Shown here: piece by piece, positions 49,527 through 52,377 of the stretch | Position numbering within the stretch: position 1 is the stretch's first letter | Layout of the letters: every line of letters begins with the position of its first letter | Virus record (IMG/VR): IMGVR_UViG_3300024239_000355 | Location: 1 to 52,377 of that record | Source: a virus | Strand: one strand, 5' to 3' | Length of the DNA stretch: 52,377 bases | Position numbers and translations under genes: made by a program | The notes under the pieces: model-generated | Databases searched by the model: none | The model's input: the letters and a program-made list of their open reading frames with translations, nothing else | What the model was told of the DNA's origin: nothing

Positions 49527-50893
49527 ACCGTCCGAGTCGGTTTGTCCTCAAGGAGGATACCGTCATTCGCCAATTCTTCACGAACGGCGTCGGCATCCGC
49601 CCACTGTTTGTTGGCGCGGAACTCGTTGCGCTGGGCAATCCGCGCTTCGATGTGTGCCATACGCTCCGGATCAACGCCCCAATGGAACCATTCGTCCGGG
49701 GTCATCTGAAGGATGCCCAGCAGTTTGCCAGCACCCAGCAGGTTCAGCTTGAGACGGGCACGCTCTTTGCCGTTCTTGGCATTCAGCGCATTGTCCGCCA
49801 TCCGATGGACCCACTGGATCGCATCGGGCGTGTTCAGATCATCGAGCAGCGGTTCGAGAACGTGAGCCGGGTATTCCGGTACGTCGCCACGATACTCGTA
49901 GTCCCAGCATTCGCCCAGCGCACGATAGAACTTGTCCATCACGGCTTTCGCATCTTCCAGACGGCTCCACGACCAGTCCAGCGGCTTGCGATAGTGCGTA
50001 TTGAGGATCAACAACCGCGCAACTTCACCCGGAACCCGTTCGAGGATTTCGGTAACCGTCACGAAGTTCCCGGCGCTCTTCGCCATCTTGCGACCGTCCG
50101 CGAGGATCATGCCGCAATGCAGCCAGTAGTTCGCCAGTTCGACCCCATGGGCGCACTCGCTCTGCGACCGCTCGTTCTCATGGTGCGGAAAGATCAAGTC
50201 CTGCCCACCACCGTGAATATCGATAGTCTTCCCGAGGTGCTTTGCAATCATGGCAGAACATTCGATGTGCCAGCCCGGACGCCCGTAGCCCCACGGCGAA
50301 TCCCAACCGGGAATGTCACCTTCACTCGGCTTCCACAGCACGAAATCTGCCGGGTTTTTCTTGTAGGGTGCCGGTTCGATCCGGGCACCAACAAGCCGTT
50401 CCGACTGATCCTGACCGCTAAGCAGTCCGTGGCAGGAAGCCGCTTCGATCTCGAAGAGAACATGCCCGGCAGACGCATAGGCATGCCCCTTGGCAATTAG
50501 CGTCTCGATCATCGCGATCATTTCGCCAATATGCTCAGTGGCACGCGGTTCGATGGTCGGCGCGCGAACATTGAGCGCCCGTTCAACCCGGTGGTAATTT
50601 TCCACCGTCTGATCGGTCAGGTCGCGAATGGAAATGCCACGTTCCGTCGCACGCACGATGATCTTGTCGTCCACATCGGTGATGTTGCGCGCGTAGACAA
50701 CATGATCATCGCCGTAGACCGCGCCCAAGACGCGGCTAAGAACGTCGAAGACCACTGCCGGGCGAGCATTTCCCAGATGCGGCGTGTCGTAGACCGTAGG
50801 TCCGCAGACGTACATCGTCACCCGATCTTTGTTCATCGGAGTGAAGGGTGTTTTGTCACGACCGAGCGTGTTGAAGAGGCGAATCTGTGTCAT
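49511..50893 (-). CDS. cysS: cysteine--tRNA ligase
   Basis: YVCGPTVY..HLGNAR, GRPGWHIECSAM, HGGGQDLIFPHHENE and KMAKS motifs. Confidence 0.96.
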   Translation of the reverse strand: MTQIRLFNTLGRDKTPFTPMNKDRVTMYVCGPTVYDTPHLGNARPAVVFDVLSRVLGAVYGDDHVVYARNITDVDDKIIVRATERGISIRDLTDQTVENYHRVERALNVRAPTIEPRATEHIGEMIAMIETLIAKGHAYASAGHVLFEIEAASCHGLLSGQDQSERLVGARIEPAPYKKNPADFVLWKPSEGDIPGWDSPWGYGRPGWHIECSAMIAKHLGKTIDIHGGGQDLIFPHHENERSQSECAHGVELANYWLHCGMILADGRKMAKSAGNFVTVTEILERVPGEVARLLILNTHYRKPLDWSWSRLEDAKAVMDKFYRALGECWDYEYRGDVPEYPAHVLEPLLDDLNTPDAIQWVHRMADNALNAKNGKERARLKLNLLGAGKLLGILQMTPDEWFHWGVDPERMAHIEARIAQRNEFRANKQWADADAVREELANDGILLEDKPTRTVWRLK

Positions 50894-50925
50894 GCGCCCA
50901 GTATAAGGGGCGTTTTAGGAAATGT

Positions 50926-51267
50926 CTAGCCCCAGACCCAAAAATTACGCCGGGGGTCGCGCTGCATTAGTTCATTTGTTTGGTCGTATGCCTGCGCGCC
51001 GTAGCCATGCAGGATTGACCCCGTGTAACGCGACTGTTCTTCCAAGAGAATTACGGTTGCGGTAGAAGACATCCTAACAAGTGGCAGCGAAACCGGTGTT
51101 TCCGCGTGGTATTGTGGCAAATTCTCGTCGGTAGTTGTTTCAGCCTCGGGATTTAGAGAAAGGTCAATATTCCCGAGGAGTCCAATTCTCGACGCCCCTG
51201 CACCACCGTATGCAGATTTAGGTACTGTGTATGCCGATATGGAAGGTGTGCGTTGTATTTTGCTCAT
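50926..51267 (-). CDS. hypothetical protein
   Basis: ATGA-coupled to the NUDIX gene. Confidence 0.55.
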   Translation of the reverse strand: MSKIQRTPSISAYTVPKSAYGGAGASRIGLLGNIDLSLNPEAETTTDENLPQYHAETPVSLPLVRMSSTATVILLEEQSRYTGSILHGYGAQAYDQTNELMQRDPRRNFWVWG

Positions 51268-51791
51268 GCCGTCTTTTTCTTCAGGGCGACGGTCTTATAT
51301 TTCTCTATCGCTTGCTGTATCTTTACCATACTAGCGCGATCAGATGTCAATAATTGTGCCCCAAAGTGCAACGGCGACGGCCACTGTCCGAAAGTACACC
51401 ACCGGTACCCCTGAGTTTCCCAATTGATGTTGGGGTCAAGCCCAGGCTCGAACTCGTGCGGAACGACAACGAGATAATTGAAATACTGGAAGATGCCCGG
51501 CTTGTTGAACACGAAAAGGGGGATCATCTGCATGATCTGAACGTCGTGGCTGGTTTCTTCCATGGCTTCACGACGAACCGCGTCTTCCGGGGTTTCGTCG
51601 GAATCAATAGCCCCACCCCATGTACCCCACGTATGGGGCTGTTCGACATGCTTGGACCGATGCTGGAACAGGATGCGTCCAGTATCAGCCGCAAGGAACA
51701 AACATCCTGCACCGCGCCGACCCCAGAAGCCAGTGCGTTCAAGATGTTCTCTATGATCGTAGTCGTTTTCGAACAGTTCAATTAGTCGCAT
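51264..51791 (-). CDS. NUDIX hydrolase with MRLIELFE leader
   Basis: GGAIDSDETPEDAVRREAMEET Nudix box; TAAATA 7 nt upstream. Confidence 0.88.
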   Translation of the reverse strand: MRLIELFENDYDHREHLERTGFWGRRGAGCLFLAADTGRILFQHRSKHVEQPHTWGTWGGAIDSDETPEDAVRREAMEETSHDVQIMQMIPLFVFNKPGIFQYFNYLVVVPHEFEPGLDPNINWETQGYRWCTFGQWPSPLHFGAQLLTSDRASMVKIQQAIEKYKTVALKKKTA

Positions 51792-51862
51792 GATCTGTTA
51801 TTTAGTGATTTATTGACCTTGGGTGGAAACCGTCGTAAATAGACCGTCTCAACTCTTATGAG

Positions 51863-52261
51863 GTGTCTATGCGATCACCATACCAAGAGTTCCTGCGGGA
51901 GTGGGAACGTCGGTCTGGGAAGGTTCCGCCGCTTGCGGGGAGCCAACTATTTCTCTGTAGTCCCACTGGCGATGCGGTGCTGACTACCATTCAATCGGTC
52001 GAAATGCTCAGCGGGGGTGTGCCAACCCTCTTTGTGAACCATGCCGCCTATCAGGGCATGACCCTATTGTATCTGGCTCTGGATGCCGAAGGCAATTGGC
52101 GAGCCGTCTGCGATGGTGGTTATATCCACCGAGATCGCGAGAAAAAGGATGAAAAGGTCAAGCCGAACGTGCTGGTGACTTACCAGATGGATAAACGGCG
52201 GTATAAAAAGAAACTGGAATGGCATCCGGTGGATGTCGAGATTCTGGGGTACGTGCGATAG
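51863..52261 (+). CDS. hypothetical protein
   Basis: GAGG Shine-Dalgarno; terminator at 52263-52291. Confidence 0.6.
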   Translation: MSMRSPYQEFLREWERRSGKVPPLAGSQLFLCSPTGDAVLTTIQSVEMLSGGVPTLFVNHAAYQGMTLLYLALDAEGNWRAVCDGGYIHRDREKKDEKVKPNVLVTYQMDKRRYKKKLEWHPVDVEILGYVR

Positions 52262-52377
52262 CAAAAAGGCGGGGCATTTGCCCCGCCTTTTCTTTTATCC
52301 TCGCCATCCCTTCGGGGGCACACAGCCCGCAGGCTGCATACCAGGGAACGCATTGGGCATCGCGTCAGCATATTGCT

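Overview
Fragment of a large T4-like (jumbo) myophage genome, probably infecting an alphaproteobacterium (host-like NYN, groEL, tyrS and cysS genes; T4-type TAAATA/TATAAATA late promoters; bidirectional terminators; standard genetic code). The main candidate for a new system is amino-acid-sorted tRNA arrays on the minus strand. Seven tRNA-Glu genes (three with an 8/4 fold) and four tRNA-Asp genes each lie behind a short leader peptide carrying cognate codons (MFVFVVEEES, MIVMLEREREEERNPMG, MTMRAYTADRDTNEDTTSW) followed by intrinsic terminators. This looks like ribosome-stalling attenuation that releases backup tRNAs when Glu- or Asp-tRNA is depleted. Associated elements are circularly permuted tRNA mimics, an anticodon-less tRNA mimic, a mini EF-Ts, an RNA ligase and an RF1-like gene with an in-frame UGA at a position where Trp is expected. 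A second theme is a dispersed set of late genes sharing short N-terminal leaders (MRIxEI and D/E-I-R-x-x-I-x-L-L-E) fused to ADP-ribosyltransferase-like, GNAT, NUDIX and Acb1-like domains, which are probably virion-packaged effectors. All calls come from reading and folding the sequence by eye; no searches were run.
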